The notes below the pieces were generated by a model that worked only from the letters and a program-made list of their open reading frames with translations, was not told the origin of the DNA and made no database searches. This document shows, one piece after another, positions 1-13,239 of a DNA stretch of 64,000 bases. Source of the DNA: Mizuhopecten yessoensis. Its lineage: Eukaryota. How positions within the stretch are numbered: position 1 is the first letter of the stretch; every line of letters begins with the position of its first letter. Location of the stretch: NCBI RefSeq assembly GCF_002113885.1, contig NW_018408372.1:384874-448873 (forward strand). The letters are read 5' to 3'. The translations under genes and the position numbers were made by a program.

Positions 1-146
1 TCCATCTATGAAGAGTGTTTGATTCTACCATATCTGGGTCTTTGAGAAGAAGATTTTTGAAATTTCAGTCAATTCAACCCTTTTTGGCCCCACCCATCTG
101 CCCCGGGGGATCAGTCAGGGCTGATATGTCTCAGGTGACCTAAAAA
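1..146 (-). mobile_element. Fragment of a Helentron-associated non-autonomous element (HINE-like), same family as 59239-60235
   Basis: 1-125 closely matches the internal repeat at 59642-59765 (tccatctatgaagagt...gattctaccatatctggg). It is joined directly to the terminal motif tctcaggtgacctaaaaa, which matches tctcaggtgacttaa at about 60221. Confidence 0.75.
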
Positions 147-371
147 TCTCCTGGGAAAAGGTAAACAAACACTTATGATTTGAATCATTTGATTACGTTA
201 TCATGCATACGCCACATTATAGTTGGATAGCTAGCCGTAAACTGGTCAGTTTGTAAACGTTACATTTCTGGTAATTTATTGAGTAAAGGGAGATAAATCT
301 CATACTCGTCAATGAACACTAATCAAATTAAATACATTTGTAAATAAAATTGTTTATGATATTTTTATAAA

Positions 372-1451
372 GTGGTTACATTTGATTTTTCCTCAGCAAA
401 TCCAAGGGCCCTTTTCAACACGATATACATAAACAACACACTACACCTCGGTATGCGTTCAAGGGAGGAGCATGCACATCTGAGATGGGGCGATGTTGAG
501 ATGAAAGCAAGTTCGACTGGAGAGGGATTTCTTGAATTCACAGAGAGAGCGACGAAGACCAAGAATGGTGTGAATGGTGGTTCTAGACCGTATCTGCCCA
601 AAAGGTATGAAGACAATGGTACGTATGGATAGTAAAAATGTAATTATTTATTTTTTTACATTATAACGTTAAATTTACTATAATTCTTGGTTAAGTAAGT
701 TCTTTTCTGTAATTTTTTGTAAATTATATTTTACTTTTAAACAGTTAATATGGATGCATAGAAAAATAATACATTTATTCTATTGTCAACAGGAAATCCG
801 AGGTGTCCCGTCATGATATATCAAGAGTATGCAGCCAGACGGGCAGTCAGCATGAAGAGGGACGAGGATCCATTCTATTTGGGGGTACATAAGAAGTGCA
901 ATGAAAACAGCGAATACAGGTATGTGTTGCAACCAATGGACAAAAATACCCTGGGGTGTATTGTGAAAACAATGTGCGAGAGTCAGGGATCCTAGGCCGA
1001 AAGGTCAACCATAGGGCTCGGAAAACCGCGATTAGCACGTTGCCGCCGACACTGGTACAACAACACTCAGGACACAAACACATGGCCTCCATTAACAATT
1101 ACAGAACAGCATCAATCCAGCAGCAAAAACATATGTCTTCTATATTGTGTAGCTACTCCAGCTCGAAATCGACAATGGCGGCCTCCGTACCTAGTAATCC
1201 AGATGACATGCCGGATCGATCATTTCAGGAATTGGTAGAGTCAATTGTAAAATGTATATGAACACTTTGAGGATATTGCTCCTATAACCGCCCAAAAAGA
1301 ATGAAAAGAAGTGATGTCTAACATTCCCCAGCCAACAGGATTCCCCAGTATGTTTTCTGGCGCGACCATTAATGGTGATGTGGTGTTTAACTATGGTAAT
1401 AAGAATACAATAAAACGCATTCGCGTTATTTATGATTCTGATTCTGATTAA
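372..1451 (+). pseudogene. Degenerate Crypton-type tyrosine recombinase (DUF3504 / KCTD1-ZMYM-like), with an intron and frameshifts
   Basis: 372-618 (LGMRSREEHAHLRWGD...FTERATKTKNG) splices in frame through a phase-1 GT-AG intron (619-792) to GNPRCPVMIYQEY...PFYL...QPMDKNTLG. After a frameshift near 990 it continues KVNHRARKTAISTL...QHSGHKHMASINNY and ends FSGATING...KRIRVIYDSDSD* at 1451. The R-HxxR-H-Y catalytic set is recognisable. Confidence 0.85.
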
Positions 1452-2114
1452 ATTAATTTGTCAAATGAGCATCAGACCATAAGTCAATCTGATCAGATGG
1501 ACATGTGATAGAGTCATCAAATAGACATAGGCCATATTATCGGACACCAAGATTAACGTAAACAGACAGGTTTTCATATTTCTATTGTTGCAATTGTGTG
1601 TTTATTTCATTAAAATGTGTTGATCACCAAAATAACAATTTGTATTGTAATGTTTCTGTGCGATTTCCGAACCGACACACTAAAATTGGCATTTGTTCCA
1701 CTTTTATTCAAATATACATTTTCTATCGATGATCTTTGGTGAAAAAATGCTTGAAATTGAAGTTCGTAATTGATAATTGAAAAAAAATAGATCGCCCAAA
1801 ATATATGTTCAAGTATATGATAAACAGAATAAAACATGGTAAAATCCATGTAATATTCTCTTTTTATTATGAAAGGTGATGGAAAACTATCTTTATAATC
1901 TTAATTACTTTTGCACTAAGATTATTATTATGAGCGTCATTTTATTGAAAAATAAATAAAGTATTACATTATAAATGCATGTCGCCAATGTATAAACATT
2001 TTCTTCCATGTACAGAAGGTACCCCAAGGTACAGAACGAGATAAAACAAGACGGAAGTGTCATTTCAAATACTATCATAGCAAGCTATAGGAAAGGTTAA
2101 CTATCCGTCTATAC

Positions 2115-2140
2115 TATATATATATATATATATATATATA
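2115..2140. repeat. (TA)n microsatellite
   Basis: About 13 TA units read directly. Confidence 0.9.
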
Positions 2141-2344
2141 CAACATCATATTTAAAGGATACATCTTCCATAACCTTTTTTTTATCTCATAAGCTACATA
2201 CAAGGGTATTCAACTATATTTCGATTGAAAACTTACCAAATCACGTACACTCCCCTTTATCTCCTACTCAAACATTATGTTTATTGTATATTTATATTCA
2301 TGCAGTTTTTTTAATATCAATGTAGTTCATCTTATCAGTCCGAA

Positions 2345-2910
2345 ACCGTTCATCTTGATCTTTTAATGTCGTCTCAAGCTGTCCTAAGCCGATATCCCCC
2401 GTTATCTGAAGGTCGTCTCAAGCTGTCCTAAACCGTACCTCTTGATCTCTGAAGGTCGTCTCAAGCTGTCCTCAGCCGTTCTTCTTGATCTCTGAAGGTC
2501 GTTTCAAGCTATCCTTAACCGTTCTTCTTGATCTCTGAAGGTCGTCTCAAGCTGTCCTTAACCGTTCTTCTTGATCTGTGAAGGTCGTCTCAAGCTGTCC
2601 TCAACCGTTCTTCTTTATCTCTGAAGGTCGTCTCAAGCTGTCCTTAACCGTTCTTCTTGATCTGTGAAGGTCGTCTCAAGCTGTCCTTAACCGTTCTTCT
2701 TTATCTCTGAAGGTCGTCTCAAGCTGTCCTTAACCGTTCTTCTTGATCTCTGAAGGTCGTCTCAAGCTGTCCTTAACCGTTCTTCTTGATCTCTGAAGGT
2801 CGTCTCAAGCTGTCCTTAACCGTTCTTCTTGATCTCTGAAGGTCGTCTCAAGCTGTCCTTTACCGTTCTCCCCGTTCACTGAAGGTCGTCTCAAGCTGTC
2901 CTCAGCAGTT
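2345..2910. repeat. 43-bp minisatellite, about 13 copies
   Basis: Unit gaaggtcgtctcaagctgtccttaaccgttcttcttgatctct starts at 2408, 2451, 2494 ... 2881 (exact 43-bp period), with a degenerate copy upstream. Confidence 0.95.
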
Positions 2911-3698
2911 CTTACCTGTTCTTTGTCGTTAAACACGTACGTCGTTCAGATTTGCGTCTCTTATTTACAGCAAATGGCTCTTAATTTAACATGTACACGT
3001 ATACAGTTTACCGATATCATTATATCTATTTTAGCTTCGTCCTCTCGTCCCTTCCTATATGTTAGTGTAAATAAACTGCAATTGCACGTATGCTTGTAAA
3101 TACATCTATTGCCCCTACGCTTCATGTATATTTAGATATCCGATGCATTATCAAGATCTGTGCGAAATATGCCAACCGAAATTAACATCATTTTATGTAT
3201 ATCGGTCATATTACGTTCTCTTCAATAAGTAAATAATTCCCGAAGACATAGATGGTTTATCATCTCCTAACAATAGATTAACTTTTCCAGGACCCCATTC
3301 AGATCGTAGCCTCCCGTTAACACATTCTAGCTATATACAATTTCTGGAAGAGCGTATGTTGTTACACTTGATCTGTCACCCTGATTTCACCAGTAAATAC
3401 CTTCTTTACTTTGTTGTTTATTCTCTTTTTCGGATAAGTTGTTACTAAGACGCTTAACAATGCATGCTAATAAACAACAAAACATAAATATAAGACTATT
3501 GAGTGGTTTTTTAGTCCAACAATCTGATAACATTGTGTGTTTAGTACATTTAGTACCAAAAGATAGACATTAAAAATTGTATAATATCAACACAATCTTT
3601 AATAGAAAAACAACATTTTTGCTTTATAGGTACCATGACTTATTGAAATAGACACTCCAAAGTGTATGTCTTTGTGCAACATGTTTAAAGAGATTGTA

Positions 3699-6600
3699 TT
3701 AGCCAACGAGAGGCCCCGCCGCCCCTGAAACCATTTTTACTGACGTCATCGAATCTGTCGTAGTCATTTCAGCTTGCTTTGTTGTCGTATCCTTCGGTGT
3801 TGATGCAGACATTGCCTGGCCCATCGTCGACATTATATCAGTAGATGACGTCATGGCGTCAGTTGAAGTAGAATCCGCAGTTTTTGTAGCGGTGGTCAAG
3901 GAGGGAGTTGTAGCGGCGACTTGGCAGGTGCTGTCGCTGGCCATAAGAGAGAAACCAATTTTACACTTCGTGCATTTTCCGCGAGAATCACAGGTATCAC
4001 AATTCGTGTCCTTGCAAGCTGTCAGAAATAACGAAAATGGCGCGCATTAATCCATTCAAACCAAATATTAACTTTTAACCAATTTGAAACATGATAAATA
4101 AATTAAGTGCATCATTATAACAATAATAATTTCAGGTTCTTATGTACCGCTTAATCACAACCTAGGTTGTCTTAAAACGGTTCACAAATTACCATGCCAT
4201 GTCAAACATATTCAACAGACCAGAACCAAGGAACGTAACATAACGACGAAGTATCCTAAGAGTAACAGATAGTTGTTGATTTGACAAAGTTAGATTTAAC
4301 TAACAGTTTGTATTAACTCATATATCTCAAGTAAACCACACAAACTATCACGCTGTAATTGTCTCCCTTGCTAAACTGTTTTTAAATAATTATGCATACT
4401 ATTTGTGTTTACAATAAACAAAGTTAATTTTGCAGATCTGTTTTTTCAATACAGGCAATCTAAAATTAAACTATCTGGGTATTTTGTATTAAAAAAAATG
4501 TAATACATCAATATCTCATGAAAAACGGGTTTTCATAAAGTATAGAATAAGAGTATTGCCGTATTATCCTTAACCGAAACATATTAATCAACCTACGTTC
4601 CCGAATAAAACCCACGACATTACAAGTTTTTTTATAAGGTGTGTGTATATTTTCCCCTCTATGTTATGTATCAATTTTAATATATGTATTTTAGTGGTAG
4701 GATTATCCATTGTATAATCCATTATCTATATAAAGTATATTATCTACATCATATTGTATATTGTTATGTAAACTCTTCGCAAATATATCCTTTTTGTAAT
4801 GCTTGCGTTGGTATATTGTGATTATACAGCCAAAACTGTATATTACATACCACACGGATTTCTACGATAACCATCAGAAACGTAAACTTATTTTTTTAAA
4901 TATTAATAATTCGAGGTCTCCTTTAACGCTTCATCAGAACATAGTTCGTAGGTCATTCTCAACGCGGTTTAAAAAGTATTATCCGTGATTTTAGGGCCTT
5001 TGCAACAAACCAATATCTGTCTCAACTCCCTGGGGAGCATACAGCCAGTGCTGCCATTTCGGCGCTCATAGCTAGCATTCTACAAATCTAGCACTGCCAA
5101 ACCACGTACTCATTTACAGCTGAGTAGACTGGAACAAGCGGAGCAAAGCATCTTGTTGAAAAATACAAAACAGTGCCGGGTTGTGACTCGAACCCGCAAC
5201 GCTGCGTCCTACCACTTGACTGCCGTGCTTTCTGATAATTATAGATTACCACACTGTATTTTCAGTGTTTGTCGTGAGAACATTTTTTTTCATCGCGAGC
5301 ATGTGGATAAAATCGAGCATACGAGGTGAACTGTTTCAACACTTTAAGAGCGTTAGTGTTCGTATTCATTGCGGATTTACCGTGAAAGCACTAATTGTTG
5401 CGGGATTTCCAAATCCACTTATGTATTGGTCCATGAAGTAACTACAAGTTTGATATAAAGAAATTCTTTGTTTGAGTCAGTACTCGTAATCCACAAATGC
5501 ATGTACTCGCGAAATGATGTTATGTCTGAAAACTAAGAAATGTGGGCTCCAGGAAAATATCTGATTTCACAGTAGTAGCTCTAAAATTCCTGCAGACTAT
5601 TTGTAACTGAGAATGTTTATTAGAAATACAACCACCTAGCATACGTGTAACAGCACTTCCTAAAAAAGGACTGAACATAACACGCTCTGCCTCGAAAATG
5701 AAACATGAATTTTACCTAAAGCATTGTCAGTTGTGTTCGATAACCTAATCAGTAAGGTGGCTGGGAGTGACCTCATCTACACTTGTCAGCAATGTAACTT
5801 GTCTACGGTCTTTTCCCGCTGTACCGACATTTTCGTTAGTATTTCTGCAGTGTTTACATATGTATGCACTAGCTGTGCACTATTGGTGGTCAACACACAA
5901 TGAATTGTGTGTTTACTTCTCAGATCTGTATTTTGACTATTGTTCTTCGCCATGTAAAGCAAAAGCCGATTGCCATTTGGCTTACTTGGTAACCAAATGT
6001 AATCATCACACTCAATGTTGGCCATAGGCTACCGAGGTAAATGGGCAGTGGTAGTGCAGCTGACATATATCGAGGCACATTTGCCCTCTGAAATGACAGT
6101 TATGCTGTCAGACTCAGGTGATGAGTGCAGCGATACAAGGTGTTTAGGACTATACTTGTACATGTACTGGTATCTAATACGGTTGTCACAGTGTCTTTAG
6201 GTTCGTGTCGTCGTCGTCATATCCAAATCACTGCCATTGTGCACGTAACCGAGAACCAATAGCCAGCAACAACGGTTAAGGATATACTTACTTTTAAGGT
6301 GGCAGAAAAGAAATCCGACCAAAAATATTTTTTCAATTTGTTAATTTATTATTTTTGTTTTAATTCCTTTTGTTTGTTTCGTTTTGTATCAAAGGCTGCG
6401 TAATATATAAAATAACGCTAATATATACAACACTTACATAATGATATGGTATACATTATCGTTTGTCATAAAAACATTTCATTGTAAGTATGTTATTTAT
6501 ATATATTTATTGCATAGTTAATATCTATAGATATATTGTAATGTTTATTCATACGAACATTGATAAAATATCTATCGTCTTCTATATACAGGTGTTGATA

Positions 6601-9600
6601 ACACTTTTGAATTGTAGAGCCATTATATGTTTTTAGACTTGTTCATTAACTGTCAGGAGGCACGGTAGTTTAGTGGTAGGACGCCGGGCTCGTGACCGAA
6701 GGGCTGTGAGTTCGAGTCACGGCACGGCACTGTGTTGTATCTTTGAGCAAGACACTTTACTCCGCTTGTTCCAGTCTACTCAGCTGTAATTGAGTACGTG
6801 GTTGTGCAGTGCTAGGATTGTTGCATGCTAGCTGTGAGCGTCGAAATGGCAGCTCCAGCTGTATGCTCCCAATGGAGTTGAAAAATATATTGGCTGGTTG
6901 CAGAGGCCCACGGATAATAATTTGTGAACCGCTTTGAGACGACCTACGAACTAGGTTGTGAAAAAGCAGTATATAAGAACTTCGAATTATTATTATTATT
7001 AAAACAGAAATTCAGATAAACGTCTACATACATGCTTAATAACCATGGCGTAAAATTTTAAGTCAAATATTAATTGTTGTTAACATGCTAAAAAGTCGTG
7101 ATATGGATGAAGATAAAAGCTAATCACCTAATTCAATCTATTGATCGTATGATACTTAGATGATAGTAAGATGTAGATTATTGCTTACCTCTGCAGATTG
7201 AAAACCGGAATTGTTCGCAATAGAAACCTGATGGACAGGATGCCAAACAGATTCCTAAACTGAAAAAGACCAGCACTTGAATGATACATTGAATTATCAT
7301 ACAGTACTACATACTGTATACCATGACATGTTCGTGTGTATTTTTTTTTCTTGATTTGGAGTTTTCAGTTTATTTCTTGGGTATAAACGTTCATTGTTAG
7401 CTCGCAAACGAGATGTAAATGTGAGTTGTTTTCCCTGATCTGACCATCGGCATATACACTAGAATAAGACCACGTTTCGTCGTAGTTGTTACAATGTTCA
7501 TAGTTATACACGTACAATGTATATACATTAATAATATATTTGTTTCATTTTCGTTGGTTGTATTCTTTCGAATTGCAGAAAGATTCGTTTATTTATATCC
7601 GTGGTTACATAGCAACCACGAAAACAACACAAGTCTATACACAATGAACATTCCATGGTATAGAGTATGTAAAGAAAGACATATAGTGCGTTGAGATGTT
7701 TACAAAAGAAAAAAGAAAAATATCTCGCATACTTTAAAAACTAATAATAAATTTGATACCCTACTATATTGTTGACAGGTTTGATGAGCGTTTAATTTCA
7801 AAGCTTTCTCTGATAGACTGAACCGCATATATTTCAACAGTTTTATACATACTGACCTGTACGAACGTTTGTGGATGTGAAAAAATGGAATAACATAAAT
7901 ACATCTTAAATAAAAAAGGAATGAACAGAGGTAAACTTAAGCTCACGATATACAGCACAAACCCCCTCAAGTGCTTGTGTTTGACTTATGCTTATTTAAC
8001 CTTGAAAAAGACCGACAACTGTAACCAGGGAATTAAAATGATATCGCCAAATTATAGTTATAACTTATGACTAGAGAAAGACTAACATGGACACCCTAGT
8101 GCAAGGAAAATAAGACCAGGAGTTGCGGAAGGATAATTGTTGTCTGAAGAATCGACAACATCTTCCATTTAAATGTAGGTCAAATCCGGGTAAACACAAA
8201 TTGTTAAAATTAGAACAACAGTAGTGGCGACGAAACAACAAGGCCAAAACATGACCATAACCAAAACCACCGACCACCACATCACAGGAAGGAGCAAAGG
8301 GCTTTACGTACATGAATTTATCCCATGATCGGCCTGCTATCAAGTGAATTCGCCAATGTAATATTTTTACATATGTCACTAGTGTAGTATACCCAGGAGT
8401 GTTTTTCATTGGCTTTGCCAGGCAGAAATCGAAATTGAAAAGAAAACTCATGTAAAATCCTATATATATATTTAAATGGTCACCTATTGTATTATGTCTT
8501 ACATAGGGGCCTCCCATGTACCTTTCAACTGTAGACTGCACGGATTTATCGTTCTATGGATACAGTTAAGGTCATATAAGGACGTGACTCAATGTGTGTT
8601 GTATATGTACATGTGTGCTGGAGGCGGTATCTCGGTATATTTGGCTCACTGAAATACAATGACAAGGGTAACCAGAACAGCCTACAATCTTCTCACATTG
8701 TCCCGAGAGCGGGTAGACAAGTTGTTGGAAAACCAAAAAAGGCTTAACTTTATACTCGATGACTAGTCCAATAGACCTATTTCATCAGAGACAATTTACC
8801 AGAGAATCAAAAATGTGTACACAAAATTGTAAATATAAACGAGGTGTTAATATAAGATTTAAGTCGATTAATAGTCAACCTTCATCACATAGAGGACAAG
8901 TGTAGTTTATGGAGAAAAAGGTAAAACAAAAAGGTACGAATGTGGTATATAATACTGAAGTAAATTCGGCAAGACAATAATCGTATGCGCTTTAATTAGT
9001 TTATATATGTTTACATCAAACCAGCCATTACTTACGTTGAGGTTCCGTTCCGTTGGTAGTGTAGACAGAAACCGTTTTCGCAGAGAGAACATCCCACCTG
9101 TGCGACACAAGGCTTTATTTTACAATGGACAGGGCACGCTACAAACAAAGGTTAAAAATAAGTCTCTCATGGCATTGAATTACCAGCCCCAACGATTAGA
9201 ATAGGTACCTGTGGGATATCTTTGTTTGATTATTGTCGTAGTACTACATTTTAAATGTGTTCAGTAGAAAAATAATATTAATTTAGGCGACCATAACTCT
9301 AGCCCATCTAATTGAGTATTTTTCCCGCCCTTGTTTATCAAATCTATCGTTATTTCTGAAAATTAATACAAACAAACAAACGGTCTAATCGAACTCAAAT
9401 TATAACTGAAACCTTACCCCGCTTTAACGAAACTAAACAGTAAATTAACTTAAGGTCGAAAATGTTTGTTTTTCTAAAACTAAACTATGTCACATTTTAC
9501 AATGACGAATTTCGACATTTAGACTATTGTATTATGAATTTAGTTTTAGCTTGAAAAGAGCTTTTTAAAAGATAATGTTTCGATGATTAATTTCACTATA

Positions 9601-11804
9601 AAAGCATAAAGATCGTATGAACAGTAATTATATAAACTTAGACAATAGTAAATACTTTTCCAGCTTTAAAAGAAAGGATGCATATTCAAAATAGTGCATT
9701 TCATTTTATGCCTGGCAGAACAAAATACCAATATGAACTTCACCCACTATTTACGATATATTATATCCGATTTGTTGACATTCTGATGTTCATGTCATAC
9801 TTACAGCCAGACCCGGCGTTTGTTTCAGTTATCACTGTCTCGTTAGCTGATGCTAAGAATCCTCTTGAAGTGTGGAGCAAGGAAATTCCAAAAATAACCA
9901 ATAGTAGCGATGTACAAGCCTGGAATCAAGTGTTACAATAACGCAGTTATGTTGATTTGGTATCTTTTGCATATTAGTATTAACCTTCAATCACATTATT
10001 TTCAGAAGTGACTGAAGTGTTATCCTCTGCTTATATATGGTTTTCTATATCTTTACCAGACATACAAAAGATCAAAATGGTTATAATTTACTGATTACGA
10101 ACATTATAAAACACATTTTAGGAGCCACCATAGACCCGAATTGATTTTTGGTTTGGTTTGGTTTTATTTTGTTTAACGTCCAATTAAAATCTAAGGTCGT
10201 TTGAGGACGTGCCTCCATCTGTGTTGGCTAAGCGTGCAAGTGTGTATGTGTGCTGGAGACAGGATATGTTGGTGTACTTGTCTCCTTGTGATAGCGCAGA
10301 TCTGACGCCGACTTACTCGAATTGATTAGTGTCTTCTGTATTTAATTTCCAGTTACTATTTGATAGTCGGGCTTCTTTTCATTCGTTTATCTGTATGTTG
10401 GGTGGTTCACTTTGTAAGTCATTTGTTAATATCTTGTCAAATTTTTATTTTTAATAAAAAAAGTACACCCTAAAGCCTTAGACATCTAAAATTCTCGAGC
10501 ACACCTTTTTACGAATATCACCACCTTGCCTATATGATGTTTTAGACTAGATATTACAAACTTGACTGTATAGTTTTGCTAACATGACTTCGACATGATG
10601 TGATAAGTGCGATAATATTATATTGATATACATATATTGACTCGATATCTTTATTTTTATTTTTACGCAGAAACAAATATATACTGCAAACGTTTACAAA
10701 AGAAAATCGCTTTGACGTTTAAATATAGCCTGCATCGCTATGAGATGAGTACAGCAGTATGGCATTTGTCGTCCATATTCATCACTTGCATGGTAGTTGA
10801 TGACACATAGGAGTGTCTATATTTAGGTATTGTCCGGTCCGGATTGCCGACCAACCAATTCCTTTGTTGGTACGAGTCATTGACATTTTCTTATACACAG
10901 CTCTGTAAAACATGCACGTAGACCGGACGCATCATCTGACAAGGACATACAGATTACTACGACGGTGGAATGAATACAATAGAATCTGTGATACCGAAAC
11001 ATTCATCTCTACTTCTATGTATTACTTCTGTATAATAAAACACTGATTTGTTGTTCCACAGTGATTAACGGTAAATAACAATTCTGTGCGTTCCTGTTAA
11101 GGTCTAGTTCACCGAAAAGGTAAACAAACGAAGGGGCCTCGTAAAAGTCATCCAAAATGTCTGTATCTACAATGTCACAGTACTATGACACTCAGTCCAG
11201 CTACATCATATTGTCAAAAGGCTAACCGGAACAACCACCTCTCATTTCTCCAAGAAGTTGCCATCGAAAGAAAAAAGTTTTGGCGAATCTTGCGATGGAA
11301 TCGGTAGATTAAATTATTTTTCAAATGTCTCCTTAATTGATAACAATACTATGAAGTTATACCACATAAGTTGTCTCATGCAGTCACGAATAGGGCTGCA
11401 GCAAATAGGGGCAATTGCTTTTGTTTTAAAAATACGAATTCGAAAAAAAACCATGGAATGTTGGATTGTGGAAAAGGTAAAGCCAAATATTATTGTGCTA
11501 ATAATTTGAAATCGTGAATATTATAATTACATACATAGATATTAACGAGGTCAATAACGTGAGGGAAATAAAATATATTTTAATACCGAATTCAAAACAG
11601 AATAGCTAGTCGTCAAAATGATAAATCGAATTCAACTCACAAAACTGTTGAATCCAAAACTCATTCTTTCATATCAATTATAAATGTCAAAATATTGAGC
11701 AATAAATCCACTCAAATTCCTTCAATCTCCCCCATTATAACCTCGTTAAGGATATTTAAAAAGAAAACGCAATAATCAAATAACCAAAATACAATACTTA
11801 CCAT
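3699..11804 (-). CDS. Secreted 251-aa protein: signal peptide, Cys-rich domain, furin-like (R-spondin-like) Cys repeats, Thr/Ser/Met-rich tail
   Basis: Five exons: 11804-11802 (ATG|gtaagt), 9919-9805, 8333-8087, 7259-7189, 4018-3699. All introns are GT-AG with consistent phases 0,1,2,1. Protein: MACTSLLLVIFGISLLHTSRGFLASANET...GCRSWDKF...HYCCSNFNNLCLPGFDLHLNGRCCRFF...LGICLASCPSGFYCEQFRFSICRACKDTNCDTCDSRGKCTKCKIGFSL...TTPSLTTATKT...GPLVG*. Confidence 0.8.
4900..5229 (-). mobile_element. tRNA-derived SINE with CORE-like body, copy 1
   Basis: Reverse complement of 6657-7001, with B-box gggttcgagtcac, body agctgtaaatgagtacgtgg and an (att)n tail. Confidence 0.8.
6657..7001 (+). mobile_element. 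tRNA-derived SINE with CORE-like body, copy 2
   Basis: A-box-like tagtttagtgg, B-box gagttcgagtc, body tctttgagcaagacactttac and a (tta)n tail. Three copies occur in the window. Confidence 0.85.
10148..10316 (-). mobile_element. 3' fragment of the SINE family seen complete at 56650-57169
   Basis: ggtttggtttg...tttaacgtcc...aaggtcgtttgaggacg...tgtctccttgtgatagcgc...tgacgccgactt matches 56650-56810. Further fragments lie at about 17690-17850, 30430-30590 and 30720-30845 on the + strand. Confidence 0.7.
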
Positions 11805-11870
11805 TGTTAGGCGATCTATAGGCTAATCAAAACGACCTAGCTTCAACTGATCTTATCTTTACGACGTGGG

Positions 11871-11876
11871 TTTATA
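11871..11876 (-). promoter_or_regulatory. TATA box of the furin-repeat gene
   Basis: TATAAA on the minus strand about 70 bp upstream of the ATG at 11804. Confidence 0.5.
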
Positions 11877-13239
11877 ATGTCCACATTTATAGATAATGCC
11901 TGACGTATCATACATTTGACGTCGATAGTCAGACCATAGTAATTTTTATTTATAAACATGTTTTTGTATAACCTACGTTCGAGACAGTTCTAGATCTTGT
12001 TGTGTTTTGTGGTACGTGTTTATCAATTGAATAAATATCACTTGCCTGACACGCTACTTTATAAAACAGCATGCAATCCCAACCAAAACTTGCAGTCCAT
12101 ACGTCCGCCGAAATATTTCATGTCACATAAAGAACAATAATGCATCGAGTCATGTTACGATGTATTTGACATGCAGCTTACAAAAGGATGAGAGGCATCA
12201 AAATGGATTAGGATTTACTAAATTGCCAACATGCAGGGTCGAACGGATGACGTATGTCAATAAATTCATTCTTTGTGAGATGTTTGAAAGCATTATACAT
12301 GTACTTGCAAGGAAATTGGGGCTTTCGACTTTATTCATGTAAATGACCTTGTCAAATATTCAAGTTCAGAGGGATCAACTGCGCATATGCAAAATACATT
12401 TCTTATGAACTTTCAAATCCTAGTAGAAGCCGTGGCTGATGTAATACCTGACGAAATCAGATTGGCACAGTAATAGGGATATCGTTATATACGCGTATTA
12501 CTAATACGTATCGATCCTATTTTACGGCAAAAGTTGGTCAAGTTTACCGAACACTGAATCATATACAGTTCTATACACAAGGGAATACACATTTGTAAAA
12601 GATAGGTGGGAACAAACACGTGTTTAGTCTACAGATACACATAGTACGAGGTCGTGTAATATAGAGTGATCGTTTGTCGAAGTTTTCAAGATGGTATTCT
12701 AATACTGTATAAGTACTAGTTTTAGCGAGTTTTTATTTCAGCGGACTATATAAACTATACAACGTATTATAAATTAATATGCGCATTGGTGGATTGGCAT
12801 ACACTCAATATTGAAAATAAAACACTACATACAAGAATTTCAATTCCTACAATCATAATGTAACACAAAATGCACGGCTTTAAAAAAGTTAATGTTAGTA
12901 TTTCGTTATTTGTCTGCTGGATAACCGAAATACTCGGTAATAAAGCGGACGTAACACCTATCAATCAATCAAATAATCAATCAATAGTTCGTGCAAGTTG
13001 TGTGACAGGAATAAGTTTCCTGGTAGCCAATCGAGGGGGAGGCTTTTGGTCAGTGATCTTATAATGATACCAAAAAAGGATACTGACACGTTTATGTCAA
13101 TGATGTGGTGGTTTGAAAATATGTTAATTGTACAAAATACATTGCATGCTCATGAAATGGTTTTTATTACATACTTACTAATAAATACGGGTTTTTTGTA
13201 TATACGATACGACAAATTTGCTCTAACCCATTTCAGCCC

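Noticed and set aside
2345-2910. CRISPR-like repeat/spacer appearance of the 43-bp array
   Set aside because: The putative spacers are near-identical to each other, there are no cas genes, and the context is eukaryotic. It is a minisatellite.
5924-6027. Plus-strand Cys-rich mini-exon (DLYFDYCSSPCKAKADCHLAYLVTKCNHHTQCWP*) nested in an intron
   Set aside because: No upstream signal-peptide exon could be found, the cysteine number is odd, and it is compatible with chance.
6657-6730. tRNA gene
   Set aside because: A and B boxes are present but there is no full cloverleaf, and the sequence continues into a repeated SINE body. The same applies to the tRNA-like heads at about 54637 and 56524.
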